This document shows positions 28,950 to 39,371 of a DNA stretch of 64,000 nucleotides, one piece after another. Position 1 is the first letter of the stretch. Each line of letters opens with the position of its first letter. The stretch lies in the sequence record MW349128.1; one strand, given 5' to 3'. This DNA is from Staphylococcus phage Machias. A program made the translations under genes and the position numbers. The notes under the pieces are model-generated. The model made no database searches. It was not told where the DNA came from and saw nothing but the letters and a program-made list of their open reading frames with translations.

Positions 28950-29867
28950 TTATTGAAATTTATTTTTAAACTCTTTTTCATACTCTTCATTAACTTTATT
29001 TAAATCGATTTCTTCACCATCTACTGTTCTAAATTTATCAGCAGATAATTTCTCACCTTTTAATACTTCTTTATCATCAGATTCAACTTTAGCTTGCATA
29101 ACTATATGTGGAGTTACATATGAAGGTGATTTAACTGTATCTAATTTAGGTGCATGAATACGAGCTTTTTGTAATTTACGTGTAAAGTTGATGTTATTAA
29201 TTGAAATTGTTTTACCCTCTTTTAAAGCTGATGTACGTAATGAATCTGCTAATGTTACAATATCTTTTAATTCTTTTTTACTGTATGCTTCATTTCCTGA
29301 TTCATCTACAAGATTCATTAATAAATCATTTAATAATTCATCTTTAGTGTATGATTTATCACTGTATTTCTTTTTAGTAGTTTTCTTAACGTCTTTTTTA
29401 ACTCGATTAACTTTAATTTTTTCCACTTTATTATCATCCTTTTTACTTGTTTTAGTTTTTGTACTAGATTTCTTTTTAACTGGATTCTTAACTTCTTCTA
29501 CTTTTTCTTCTTTAACTTCTTTTTCTTCTTTAATTTCTTTTTCTTTATCAGGATTAATTCCTGAAGCTGTAATAGTTACATTATCATATTCTGTATCTGT
29601 TGGAATATCCTTTAATTTGATAATTACATCTTTTAATTCATCAGAAGCAATATTAATTTCATTCTTATTGTAATTAATTTTGATTACATTATCATCTTCT
29701 GGGATTAATACTAAATTCTTTCTATCATATTTTTCTGGAATTGTTTCAATTTCAAAAGTTAATACGTCACCTTTATAACCTTGTTCTTCACTTACTTTTA
29801 ATTCTGCTGATTCTAATACACTTAAATCCTTAGTTTCATTAGTTACTTTTCTTCTTGTAATTGCCAT
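28950..29867 (-). CDS. hypothetical Lys-rich protein (305 aa), first gene of the leftward module
   Basis: ORF with RBS ggagaga; central KKxSxKxK low-complexity region. Confidence 0.5.
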   Translation of the reverse strand: MAITRRKVTNETKDLSVLESAELKVSEEQGYKGDVLTFEIETIPEKYDRKNLVLIPEDDNVIKINYNKNEINIASDELKDVIIKLKDIPTDTEYDNVTITASGINPDKEKEIKEEKEVKEEKVEEVKNPVKKKSSTKTKTSKKDDNKVEKIKVNRVKKDVKKTTKKKYSDKSYTKDELLNDLLMNLVDESGNEAYSKKELKDIVTLADSLRTSALKEGKTISINNINFTRKLQKARIHAPKLDTVKSPSYVTPHIVMQAKVESDDKEVLKGEKLSADKFRTVDGEEIDLNKVNEEYEKEFKNKFQ

Positions 29868-30222
29868 ATCCTATTCTCTCCTTATATTTTTATATATTTG
29901 AAATTAGTATTTAACCTAATCTCATTAAAATAATATATATTTAAAATATTAGTTGTAATTTTTAATTTTTTCTATGATCCAAATTAAGTTTATTTATAAG
30001 TATTTTTCTTTAATTTTAATTACTTAATTTTTAATAACATTTTTAATTACTATTATTTTTTATAATATATTTATTAATTAATAAAAAATCTATTATTTAC
30101 AAATATATAAATAATATATTGTGGTGGATTTCAAATTTTTTATAAAGAAAAAATTATTAAACTGAATTAACCAATAATTATTAAATTACAAAGTAAATGA
30201 TTTACAAAAATAATCGAGGTGT
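29868..30222. promoter_or_regulatory. Ultra-AT-rich (~10% GC) divergent regulatory region between the leftward and rightward gene blocks
   Basis: 355 bp non-coding; genes diverge from both sides; multiple TATA/TTTAAT runs. Confidence 0.4.
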
Positions 30223-31446
30223 ATGAATTTCATGGGATTAAATAAAAAACAAGAAGAAGGATTAATGAAGGCTAAGCACTGGTGGAATAATGATACATCA
30301 AGACCTTTTGTTTTAGCAGGAATTGCTGGAAGTGGTAAAAGTTATTTGATGACTAAAATAATAGATACTTTAGGATTACATGAATCTCAAGTATCATTTA
30401 TAGCATATACAGGTATGGCAGCAGGAGTATTAGTTAAGAGAGGTATAAATGCTACTACCATTCATAGAACTATTTATAATCCTTTCGTAGATGAAAAAAC
30501 AGGTGAAGTTAGATTTGTTTTAAAAACTAAAGAAGAATTTGATCCTGAAATTAAATTAATAATCATTGATGAAATATCTATGGTTCCTGATAAAATGATT
30601 GAAGAGATTAAACAATTTGAAATACCTATATTAGTTTGTGGAGACAAATCTCAATTGACACCAGTTTTTGGTACTAATTCATTAATAGAAAATCCAGACA
30701 TATTCTTAGATGAACCTGTTAGACAGGCATTAGATAACCCTATTCTTAAAATGGCTAATGAAGTTCGTAAAGGAGAAGATATTGAATATGGTTCTTATGG
30801 AGATAATTTACAAGTAATAAATTCAAATGAATTAACAATAGATATGTATAAAAATGCAGATCAAGTTCTTATGAGTTATAATAAAACAGTTAATCAATTT
30901 AATAGCTTCTATAGAAATCAAGTTGAAGGAATTGACATTGAATCAAATCCTTTTCCTAAAGCAGGAGAAAAAATTATTTGCTTGAAAAATAACTGGAATA
31001 AAGTTATTACTGAAGGAAATATAAATCAATATCTTACAAATGGTTTAATTGGAGAAATAACAAGATCTGGTAAGAAAAATAGTTTTACTGCTTCAACACA
31101 ATTAGATTTTAAGCCAGTAGGTTTTGATAATGAAAGATTTAGTAGAATATATTATGATGATTTAATTTTCAATGGAACTATTAGAGATCAACAAGAATTA
31201 TTTGAATTAAGAAAGACAGATAATGAAATTAATAAGATCTTTAAAAAACGTTATGTAACCACTATGAGTAATTTTAGTATGAAAGTTAATCCTTTTAATT
31301 ATGCTTATGGAATAACTGTTCATAAATCTCAAGGTTCTGAATTTGATAACGTTATTGTATTCGATGAAAATTATTCTAAAGATAGATACAAATCATTATA
31401 CACTGCAATTACTCGTGCTAAAAAGAATTTAATTATAGTTAAGTAA
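30223..31446 (+). CDS. Dda/RecD-like SF1 DNA helicase
   Basis: Walker A GIAGSGKSY, Walker B IIIDEISMV, motif VI GITVHKSQGSEFDNVIVFD. Confidence 0.8.
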   Translation: MNFMGLNKKQEEGLMKAKHWWNNDTSRPFVLAGIAGSGKSYLMTKIIDTLGLHESQVSFIAYTGMAAGVLVKRGINATTIHRTIYNPFVDEKTGEVRFVLKTKEEFDPEIKLIIIDEISMVPDKMIEEIKQFEIPILVCGDKSQLTPVFGTNSLIENPDIFLDEPVRQALDNPILKMANEVRKGEDIEYGSYGDNLQVINSNELTIDMYKNADQVLMSYNKTVNQFNSFYRNQVEGIDIESNPFPKAGEKIICLKNNWNKVITEGNINQYLTNGLIGEITRSGKKNSFTASTQLDFKPVGFDNERFSRIYYDDLIFNGTIRDQQELFELRKTDNEINKIFKKRYVTTMSNFSMKVNPFNYAYGITVHKSQGSEFDNVIVFDENYSKDRYKSLYTAITRAKKNLIIVK

Positions 31447-31459
31447 AGGAGATCTTTCA

Positions 31460-31690
31460 ATGACTAATAATAATAATCAAATTACTCAGGTTTCAAATCA
31501 ATTAAACACTGCATTGAATAATATTGCTAAAGCAATAAGAGGTCAGGATAAAATTGATGAAATTGAAGAGTTGAAACGAGAGAATAAAGAACTTCATGAA
31601 TTTCTCTTTAAAGTTTATCAGAATAATGAAGTTGATAGAAAAAAATTAAAGAAAATACTTTTTAAAGATATTAATAGTAAATTTATATAA
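31460..31690 (+). CDS. hypothetical small coiled-coil protein
   Basis: RBS aaggagat; heptad-like charged sequence. Confidence 0.4.
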   Translation: MTNNNNQITQVSNQLNTALNNIAKAIRGQDKIDEIEELKRENKELHEFLFKVYQNNEVDRKKLKKILFKDINSKFI

Positions 31691-31701
31691 GGAGAATTAC
31701 A

Positions 31702-32157
31702 ATGACAAGTGAAAAGAAAATTGCATCAGAATTAACTTTAGATCAGAAAATTAAATTATTAGAACCTAAAATACAAGAAGAATCTTATTTAAGACCATTG
31801 AGTCAAGTTGATGAGTCTTTTTATAATGAAGTTATTAAAGATGAATTAATGGATCAAATTAATAAAGAAAATCATAAATTCGAAAATAGCTTTGACTATC
31901 ATATATTTAAAAATGGCCCTATACAGTTAATGGGTTTCATATACAAGTTTGAATTCAACGAACAAGATTTAAAAGTTAAAAAAGAAAAACCTAGAGAAGA
32001 AAATATTTACTTTGGAAGTTTTCTTTTAAATAATAAAAACAAAAAAGATGATCCAATTTACTTGTTACAAGTGGATAGTAGTCTGGTTGATTTCAGTTTA
32101 ATTGAAAATAAAAAATATAAAGAATTTGGACGTAATTTATTTAAATTAATTAAATAG
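31702..32157 (+). CDS. hypothetical protein (151 aa)
   Basis: RBS aaggagaa. Confidence 0.4.
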   Translation: MTSEKKIASELTLDQKIKLLEPKIQEESYLRPLSQVDESFYNEVIKDELMDQINKENHKFENSFDYHIFKNGPIQLMGFIYKFEFNEQDLKVKKEKPREENIYFGSFLLNNKNKKDDPIYLLQVDSSLVDFSLIENKKYKEFGRNLFKLIK

Positions 32158-32168
32158 GAGTGATATAA

Positions 32169-32447
32169 ATGGATAAAGAAATCGAAGATTTAGCAGGAGG
32201 AATAAATAATCTAGAAATTGACCTTAAAGGGATGAATTACAGATTATCTAATGATAAACAAGTTATTGATTTTGAAATAGAGAAAATTAATGGATATATT
32301 AAATTTTTACATGAAGAAAATCAAAGCATCAAAAAAGAAAATATGTTGTTAAAAGAAGCAATAGTATCTATTTCTAAGCATACAGGATTTAATAATGATT
32401 ATATAAATAAATTGTCTAACGAAATTATCAAAGAAAACTTTAAATAA
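32169..32447 (+). CDS. hypothetical small coiled-coil protein
   Basis: RBS taggagtg. Confidence 0.4.
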   Translation: MDKEIEDLAGGINNLEIDLKGMNYRLSNDKQVIDFEIEKINGYIKFLHEENQSIKKENMLLKEAIVSISKHTGFNNDYINKLSNEIIKENFK

Positions 32448-32467
32448 TAAAGAGATGTGATTTTATT

Positions 32468-32743
32468 TTGAATAATGAAAAAAGTTTAATTAAGCGTATG
32501 GAAGATTTAGAAGAACGTACTAGAATGAATGAAATTAAATTAAATACTATGAAAGATAATTATCATTATATAAATGACATTATAGGTACATTAATTAATA
32601 GAATAGATAATTCTAATCAAACTAATGAAAAGAAATTGGATGAGGTAAGATTAGAATTAGTTCGTCTTTCTAACGAATTAAATTCACATTCTGAAGTAAC
32701 TAAAAAGTATATAAAGAATTTTATCAGAGATAATCTTAAATAA
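32468..32743 (+). CDS. hypothetical small coiled-coil protein (TTG start)
   Basis: ORF packed in an operon. Confidence 0.35.
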   Translation: MNNEKSLIKRMEDLEERTRMNEIKLNTMKDNYHYINDIIGTLINRIDNSNQTNEKKLDEVRLELVRLSNELNSHSEVTKKYIKNFIRDNLK

Positions 32744-32747
32744 AGGA

Positions 32748-33029
32748 ATGAAGTGTATGAAAGCTATTAAAAGAATAATTGGTTCAGAAGAATTTATTAA
32801 CACTGTAAAGAAAACTATAGCTAGAACTAAGAAAGCAGAAGAGAAATTTTATGATTTAAATAATAGAGTTGATAAAGCTGTATCTTTAGCTAGTAAAGTT
32901 GTTGAAGATAATAAAGAAAAAGAAAGAAAAATTAAAGAACTAAAAGAAGCTTTATCTAAAGAGAAAATTAATAATAGAAGTATAAAATCCAGATATAATA
33001 GATTATTATATAAAAATGAGGGAAAATAA
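32748..33029 (+). CDS. hypothetical small coiled-coil protein
   Basis: RBS aaaggaatgaag. Confidence 0.4.
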   Translation: MKCMKAIKRIIGSEEFINTVKKTIARTKKAEEKFYDLNNRVDKAVSLASKVVEDNKEKERKIKELKEALSKEKINNRSIKSRYNRLLYKNEGK

Positions 33030-33031
33030 TT

Positions 33032-33259
33032 ATGAATCCAAATATTAATTTTAATGATAATGGAAAATCTATGGATGAACTTTATTCAAAGTTACAATTT
33101 TCATTTGCTAAACAAGTAGAAAAAGATATATTGGAAGATAATGAAAAAGATTCTCTAGAAAAAGAATTAAAAGAACTTAGAGAGCTTATTTTCGAAGTAG
33201 CTAAAAAATATGACGTTAAAGAAGTAAAAGATTATTTAGTTAGAAAAAATATGAAATAA
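33032..33259 (+). CDS. hypothetical small protein
   Basis: RBS gagggaaaa. Confidence 0.4.
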   Translation: MNPNINFNDNGKSMDELYSKLQFSFAKQVEKDILEDNEKDSLEKELKELRELIFEVAKKYDVKEVKDYLVRKNMK

Positions 33260-33263
33260 ATAA

Positions 33264-33292
33264 GAGGTAATGACATTAATTTGTCATTACCT
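33264..33292. terminator. Bidirectional terminator hairpin
   Basis: GAGGTAATGACA-ttaatt-TGTCATTACCTC between convergent genes. Confidence 0.55.
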
Positions 33293-33305
33293 CAATTATA
33301 CTTCT

Positions 33306-35534
33306 TTAGTCATCATATTTATCTCTATATTCATAATAACTATCATATTGAACTTCTAAACCTGAGAAAGCTGAAATGAATCCCATATGCCCTTCCATAT
33401 TGATATTTTCAATATCTTTAATATCAACATCAGGTTCTCTATAATTAAAATCTTTATTTTTATCTATAAAAATTCTAATTCTATTTTCATTCTTTATAAT
33501 CTTAATATATTTATTATTAATATCTAAAGGTACATGATTAGTTACATATAGCTGTTTTTCTTTTTCATCTTGGAATATTTCTTTAGGTTTTCCAAATACT
33601 TTATCAATTTCATAGAAACCAGTTTTCATTACACGATCAGGATCATCCATCACATCTTTATCATCTAAATCAAAATAAGGTACATCCCAATTTTCTTGTT
33701 GAGAAGCTATCCACAACATATAACCTGAGTTAAGATTAGAATTATAATCAAATACAATACCTGCTCCACCAGTATTATTTTTATTAATAACTTTAAATGT
33801 CATAATATAATTTTTAGGGAATTTGAAATTTTGACTATATACATAGTTTAAAGAATCATCATCAAATTTAGTTGTTCCATCTTTAAAACTAATGTAACCA
33901 TAGTTTCCTAATGATTGTTTAGTAATTGATTTATTGTAAAATCCTGTATATGTCTGTGTATCAACTGGATAAGTTCCATAAGAACGTAAAGCAACTATCG
34001 TAGGATTAAAGAAGATTCCTGAACGACTCTCATCAAAGAAATACTGTGACCCATCTGGATTTTTTAATGAATAGTTGTATTCCAATTCTACATCATACCA
34101 ATCTTCTTTAGTCACTATAAATGTGTTATTAAATTCTTCATGACTAATTCCAGCTATTTCAAGTTCATCAAGACTAACTTGTATAATTTCATTTGGATCA
34201 ACTTCATTATCAAAATTAGTTAATTTAACTTCTATCTCCATTTTTTTAATATTCTTCATATTATACATCATATGCTTAAGATAAGATTTTTGACCTTGAG
34301 TATTATAATTTTTATTAGTTGAAGGGAATATGTTTTCAACTTTCTTAACTTTACCAGTATTAGAAGTTAATGTAATATCATAAACTAATTTAGCTGTTGG
34401 ATGATTATTATCTTTAAAATTAGTTGAATAACCTAAATTAAATGCAAAGAAATCATATTTAAGTAAACGCTTAATATTCATTCTAGGATTTTCATTTTCA
34501 TCATCTAAAGTTATCTTGACAAAAGAAGCTGAATCACCTTCTTCTTTATCTGATTTACTGAACATATCTCCTTTAACTTCATAAAGACCAGTTTCTTTAT
34601 TAAAACTTACCGAAGATAATCTAGTTGATTCTAAATTAGAATGCTGTACATCTTCATCATTAGCTTTTCTTAAATCAAATATAGCAGTTGGAGCTTTAAA
34701 TTGGTAATTTTCTGTAGCATTAATTATATTAAACCCTTTACTATCTGTTATATTTAATTTAGAAGTTCCGTTTTGTAATGGAGCAAATAAGTATTTTTCA
34801 CCAGGTTTGAAATACATCTTACCTTTAAATTTACGAGAGAAACCTTTCTTATAAAAGATATGAGGTAAAGTTTTTAAACCATCATTATTAAGTGTAAAAG
34901 GTTCAACTAATTCTTTATTATCTGTATCAGGTCTATAGAATTTGTGTTCATGAACTTCATATCTTTCTCTTAAATAGCGATCTGAAGTAATATCATTCAA
35001 TTTATCATCAAAGTCTAATTCAGGTACAAAAGGTATAATTTTAGGATTTCTGTATTTAGGTGTTACTCTGTCTGAATCTTCTTCAGTACTTTTAATCATA
35101 TGTTTATATATTGGTTTAGGATTAGTTTCAGATCCTAATACATCGTTTTCACTATTGATAATCTTATTTAAATCGTTAATTACAGTTTCTGTGAATACTT
35201 TAACAGTATCTGTATTAAATTGATCCACTGTCTGCATATCATTTACGAATAATAATAAATACCATAGATCTGTTGTTCCATATAATTCATTGGAAAGATA
35301 TTCAGGTTTATAATGATATGCTTTATCTAATTCATAATCTATCAAATCTGCCTTTAATACATTTTCATATTTCTTTAATAATGGAAAACCGAATACTGAT
35401 TGCTTTTCAAATATATACCATTCAGATATATTATTTAATAATAGTTTATTTGATTTGGAATATTGTATTTCTTCAGCCATTTCAGGAACATCATTCTTTC
35501 CCATATTCGAGTTCCCTACGTTACGTATAAGCAT
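33306..35534 (-). CDS. hypothetical protein (742 aa), lone minus-strand gene; possible carbohydrate-binding/fibre-like protein
   Basis: Long ORF; function speculative. Confidence 0.45.
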   Translation of the reverse strand: MLIRNVGNSNMGKNDVPEMAEEIQYSKSNKLLLNNISEWYIFEKQSVFGFPLLKKYENVLKADLIDYELDKAYHYKPEYLSNELYGTTDLWYLLLFVNDMQTVDQFNTDTVKVFTETVINDLNKIINSENDVLGSETNPKPIYKHMIKSTEEDSDRVTPKYRNPKIIPFVPELDFDDKLNDITSDRYLRERYEVHEHKFYRPDTDNKELVEPFTLNNDGLKTLPHIFYKKGFSRKFKGKMYFKPGEKYLFAPLQNGTSKLNITDSKGFNIINATENYQFKAPTAIFDLRKANDEDVQHSNLESTRLSSVSFNKETGLYEVKGDMFSKSDKEEGDSASFVKITLDDENENPRMNIKRLLKYDFFAFNLGYSTNFKDNNHPTAKLVYDITLTSNTGKVKKVENIFPSTNKNYNTQGQKSYLKHMMYNMKNIKKMEIEVKLTNFDNEVDPNEIIQVSLDELEIAGISHEEFNNTFIVTKEDWYDVELEYNYSLKNPDGSQYFFDESRSGIFFNPTIVALRSYGTYPVDTQTYTGFYNKSITKQSLGNYGYISFKDGTTKFDDDSLNYVYSQNFKFPKNYIMTFKVINKNNTGGAGIVFDYNSNLNSGYMLWIASQQENWDVPYFDLDDKDVMDDPDRVMKTGFYEIDKVFGKPKEIFQDEKEKQLYVTNHVPLDINNKYIKIIKNENRIRIFIDKNKDFNYREPDVDIKDIENINMEGHMGFISAFSGLEVQYDSYYEYRDKYDD

Positions 35535-35720
35535 TTAATTTCACTTCCGTTCATTTTATTGGTATAATAAATGGTTGTTAAAGCATTTATCAATATAGAT
35601 AAAAAATTAGAATTTTCAAATAATATTTTAAATATATATTATTTTATTGAGAATGAGTTATTATTAGACTTAATTCTCAAATATAAAATAAAAATTTTAA
35701 TTAAGAGGAGAGATTTGGAT

Positions 35721-37268
35721 ATGTCAGTAACAAAATACAGTGATGTAAAATTAGTAGCAAAATTAAACTTTGAGGCGGATAACTTGGTGAATATCATCGG
35801 ACACGGAGGAATCGGTAAGACTCAATTATTCAAAGAAATTGCTAGAGAAGAAAATATGAACTTCATTACTATTGCAGCTAACAACTTAAAAGAAGGTGAG
35901 CTTTCAATGCCAATGCTTTCACCTAAAGATAATGAAGTTGTATATGCTCCAATGGATAAAATTAAAGAAGCAAATAGACTTTATGAAGCTTATAAAGAAT
36001 ATCAAGCTAATGGTGGAGTTCAATATTCTCAAAGAGATTTAGCTAATATGAAATTAGATGAACTTAAAGAAATTTATAAAGATTTATCTAAAGAAGATAA
36101 TCTAGTTGAATATTATGAAGATACTCAAGAAAACTATGTGAACAAAGTATTTAACAAAGCTAAAGTTAAAAATGTTAAATATACTCATGCAGAATTAAGA
36201 AATAAATCTGTACCAGAATTAGAAGAAATCTTTAAAGAACTTACTGGTAAAGAACTAAAAGATAAATTAGGTAAAGGTTATTATATTAGTAAAGTATTAG
36301 AATTAATTCCTAGACCTTATACACTTCTATTTGTTGATGAAATTGCTCGTACAGATCAACAAGTACAATCTGAACTTATGAACTTCTTATTAGAACGTCA
36401 AGTTAATGGATATCATTTACCAGACAATGTTAAAATTGCTCTAGCACAAAATCCAAGTTCTGATATGCCTGGTTTTGAAGATACAGATTATTCTTCAACA
36501 TCTATGGATAATGCAGTATCTTCTCGTTTACTTCATATTCATATGGAACCAGATATGACTAGTTTCGTACAATATGCAACTCAATATAAACCAGATTCTG
36601 AAAAACAAAATATTCATCCTTCTGTATTAGAATTTATTACTGAAAAAGAAAGTTATGAATATTTATTCAATCCTAATAAAGAGGCGAATGTTGACTTTAA
36701 CGATACTAACCCTCGTTCTTGGGAAATGTTAAGTAATCTTGTATACACTATTGAAGATAGTGATTTATTAAAAACAGGAAGTCCAGAAGAAAATAGACGT
36801 AATAAACAAAAAGCATTACAGATTTCTGCAGAGGGTAAAATTAATATGTCTTTAGCTAATAAATTTACTAAATTCTATATTGATAATCAAGCTAAGCTTC
36901 CAAGACCTTCTGATATTCTATTTGAATATGATAGAGGAGTAATGACACCAAGAAAAGAATTATTGAAACAGCACATTGAAGTTATTGAAGGTCAATCTAC
37001 AATTCGTCAATTGACATTGAAAACTGCAATTATTAACTATCTTAAAAATAATCCAGATTTAATTGATGAGAAAGTTATTCAAGTTGCAGTAGAAGCTTTA
37101 TTATTAGGTAAAACTGAAACTAATGCTACATCAGTAAGATTAATTAGTAGATTATCTGAATCAACAGAAGATACAGATCAAATTCTATATGATAAATTTA
37201 CTGATAATGATTTATATAGTGAAGAAGCATTTAAACTATATGAAAAAATGACAGGTTCTTTAGGATAA
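35721..37268 (+). CDS. AAA+ ATPase of the MoxR/CbbQ (AAA_5) type
   Basis: Walker A IIGHGGIGKTQLF, Walker B LLFVDEIARTD, sensor ...IALAQNP; start re-assigned to ATG at 35721 with RBS aagaggag (the track's N-terminal 50 aa span a promoter-like region). Confidence 0.7.
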   Translation: MSVTKYSDVKLVAKLNFEADNLVNIIGHGGIGKTQLFKEIAREENMNFITIAANNLKEGELSMPMLSPKDNEVVYAPMDKIKEANRLYEAYKEYQANGGVQYSQRDLANMKLDELKEIYKDLSKEDNLVEYYEDTQENYVNKVFNKAKVKNVKYTHAELRNKSVPELEEIFKELTGKELKDKLGKGYYISKVLELIPRPYTLLFVDEIARTDQQVQSELMNFLLERQVNGYHLPDNVKIALAQNPSSDMPGFEDTDYSSTSMDNAVSSRLLHIHMEPDMTSFVQYATQYKPDSEKQNIHPSVLEFITEKESYEYLFNPNKEANVDFNDTNPRSWEMLSNLVYTIEDSDLLKTGSPEENRRNKQKALQISAEGKINMSLANKFTKFYIDNQAKLPRPSDILFEYDRGVMTPRKELLKQHIEVIEGQSTIRQLTLKTAIINYLKNNPDLIDEKVIQVAVEALLLGKTETNATSVRLISRLSESTEDTDQILYDKFTDNDLYSEEAFKLYEKMTGSLG

Positions 37269-37277
37269 TATAATAAA

Positions 37278-37320
37278 GATAATGGAGATTAGGTTCTCCA
37301 TTATCTTATTTATTTTTTTA
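37278..37320 (+). terminator. Rho-independent terminator
   Basis: GATAATGGAGA...TCTCCATTATC followed by a long T-run. Confidence 0.6.
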
Positions 37321-37337
37321 TTTATAAATATTAGGAG

Positions 37338-39281
37338 ATGAATTGGATAATGGAAAAACGTACTATTAAAGTTATTAGAAGAGATATACTTGATGAAGTT
37401 CAAGATTCTATTAGAGAAGATAGAAGTTATGATAAAGAAAAATTAGTTAAACTTGGTAAAGAATTAATGGAGAATAGTATATTTGTATTATATACTTCAG
37501 ATGTAGATATCTATGGAGTTATGTTAATGACTGTAGAAAAGATTATTGATTTAGAAGTACCTGAAGCTACATTTTCAGTATATGATGAAGATAAAGGATA
37601 TAGAATTGGTATTAATCCAATACTATTAGCTACTACAGTTGATAAAGATGAGGAAATTATTTCTATGTTCCTACATGAAGCTATGCATGTTGCTCATGGA
37701 CATTTGATTGAATTTAGAATGTTAAAGAATAAGGAAGATCAACAATTGAAAATGATAAGTCACTTAGGTATGGATTTATCTATATTTGAAATTGAAGAAG
37801 ACTTCCAATTAGGTAAACGTGAAGCTAATACAAGTAAAAAAGTATTACCTGAAATTGCACCTAATGTAGATAAGATTGAAAAGTACATTCAAGATAAATT
37901 TAATAAGACAGATTTTAAATTAAATCACAAAGATGGTTCTCATTATTATATTAAAGAATTAGTAGATGTATATAGAGAAAATGAAGAAGAAGATTTGTTT
38001 GAATCTATGGGACAATCTATTCAAGATATGATTCAAGAAGCTTCTGAGAAACAAAATGAAAGAAGTGAAGAATCATTAGAACAAGAAAATGAACAGTTGA
38101 AAGATATGTTGGATAAATTAAAAGATATAGAAGAAAAGAATGATTTATCAAAACAACTTTCCAATAATAAAATTGATGATTCAGATATTGATGACTTTGA
38201 AAAACAAGCTCAAGATTATATGAATCAGTTAGATGATTTGAATGGTAATAATGAAAAAGAAAGTAATGATACTAAAAGTCAAAAAGAAATTGAAGAAAAG
38301 ATGAATGATTTATTAGATTCTATGAAAGATAATAGTAATAATAATGATTTTGATCAATCTAATAATTCTGATTTATCTGACAAAATTCAAGAAATGAAAT
38401 CAAACTTATTAAATCAGATGATTCAAAATAGTATGCAGCAAGGTTCTGAAGGTATGCAAGGTGAAGATAGTGGAATGAGCAATGGTCAAAATATTAGTGA
38501 AATGGGAAGTAATATGACTATGTCTTCTTCATTAGAAGGTAATAAAAAATATGAAGATAGATTTGATGTTAATCCATTACAAAATGATGCTACTGAAGAA
38601 AGAATGAAAGATCAACTTCATGAATTATTAACTAACGCTGTTAGCAATAGTAGAGGTGATACTCCAGCTCATATTAAAGAACAAATTGAAATACTGAAAC
38701 GTAAACCAAAAATTAAATGGCAAGATTTCTTAAAATCTAAAGTTGGTAAGAAACGTGCAGACACTAGAAAAACTATTTTAAGACGTAATAGAAGACAACC
38801 TTATCGTAATGATGTTAGAGGAACTTTACCTGGTAAGAAATTAGGAAAAGTGTTTGCAGCAATTGATACTTCAGGTTCAATGAGTAAAACTGAAATTGAA
38901 GAAATTATTGCTGAATTATATTATATCAGTAAAGATATGAAGATTGATTTAGTTTTATTATTCTTCTCTACAGATGTAGAAGAAGTTGTAGAAGTAACTA
39001 GACCTAACCAATTTAATAATTATGTAATGGGTCGAGGAGGAACTTATTTTAGTTCTGTATTTGATTATTTAAATGATGATAATAATAAAAATAAATACAA
39101 TGTAACAAAAGATGACATTTTACTATTCTTCTCAGATGGTTTTGGAGAGCCGGAAGTTGATTATGGTGTATTAAAAGATATTATTTGGGTTATCACTGAA
39201 GATGAGAAAAACTTATCAGTTAATGATCCAAAAGGTAAAGTACTAAAATTAGAAATAGATAATAATCGTAATAATTTCTAA
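37338..39281 (+). CDS. VWA-domain protein with an N-terminal HExxH putative metallopeptidase domain (DUF2201-like), partner of the AAA+ ATPase
   Basis: HEAMHVAHGH (HExxH); MIDAS-like AAIDTSGSMSK; large acidic/Asn-rich linker. Confidence 0.65.
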   Translation: MNWIMEKRTIKVIRRDILDEVQDSIREDRSYDKEKLVKLGKELMENSIFVLYTSDVDIYGVMLMTVEKIIDLEVPEATFSVYDEDKGYRIGINPILLATTVDKDEEIISMFLHEAMHVAHGHLIEFRMLKNKEDQQLKMISHLGMDLSIFEIEEDFQLGKREANTSKKVLPEIAPNVDKIEKYIQDKFNKTDFKLNHKDGSHYYIKELVDVYRENEEEDLFESMGQSIQDMIQEASEKQNERSEESLEQENEQLKDMLDKLKDIEEKNDLSKQLSNNKIDDSDIDDFEKQAQDYMNQLDDLNGNNEKESNDTKSQKEIEEKMNDLLDSMKDNSNNNDFDQSNNSDLSDKIQEMKSNLLNQMIQNSMQQGSEGMQGEDSGMSNGQNISEMGSNMTMSSSLEGNKKYEDRFDVNPLQNDATEERMKDQLHELLTNAVSNSRGDTPAHIKEQIEILKRKPKIKWQDFLKSKVGKKRADTRKTILRRNRRQPYRNDVRGTLPGKKLGKVFAAIDTSGSMSKTEIEEIIAELYYISKDMKIDLVLLFFSTDVEEVVEVTRPNQFNNYVMGRGGTYFSSVFDYLNDDNNKNKYNVTKDDILLFFSDGFGEPEVDYGVLKDIIWVITEDEKNLSVNDPKGKVLKLEIDNNRNNF

Positions 39282-39290
39282 TATTAATTA

Positions 39291-39345
39291 TGTGGTAATG
39301 GGGATTAATTTCTCTATTACCACATATTATATTTTATTTTTTATA
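39291..39345 (+). terminator. Terminator hairpin
   Basis: TGTGGTAAT...ATTACCACA followed by a T-rich tract. Confidence 0.5.
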
Positions 39346-39371
39346 TATTGAAAGGAATGAATATTTAGGAT

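Noticed and set aside
35571-35720. N-terminal 50 aa of track ORF 35571-37268 (MVVKAFINIDKK...)
   Set aside because: This stretch covers an AT-rich promoter-like region and an inverted repeat. A strong RBS precedes the ATG at 35721, so the CDS start was moved.
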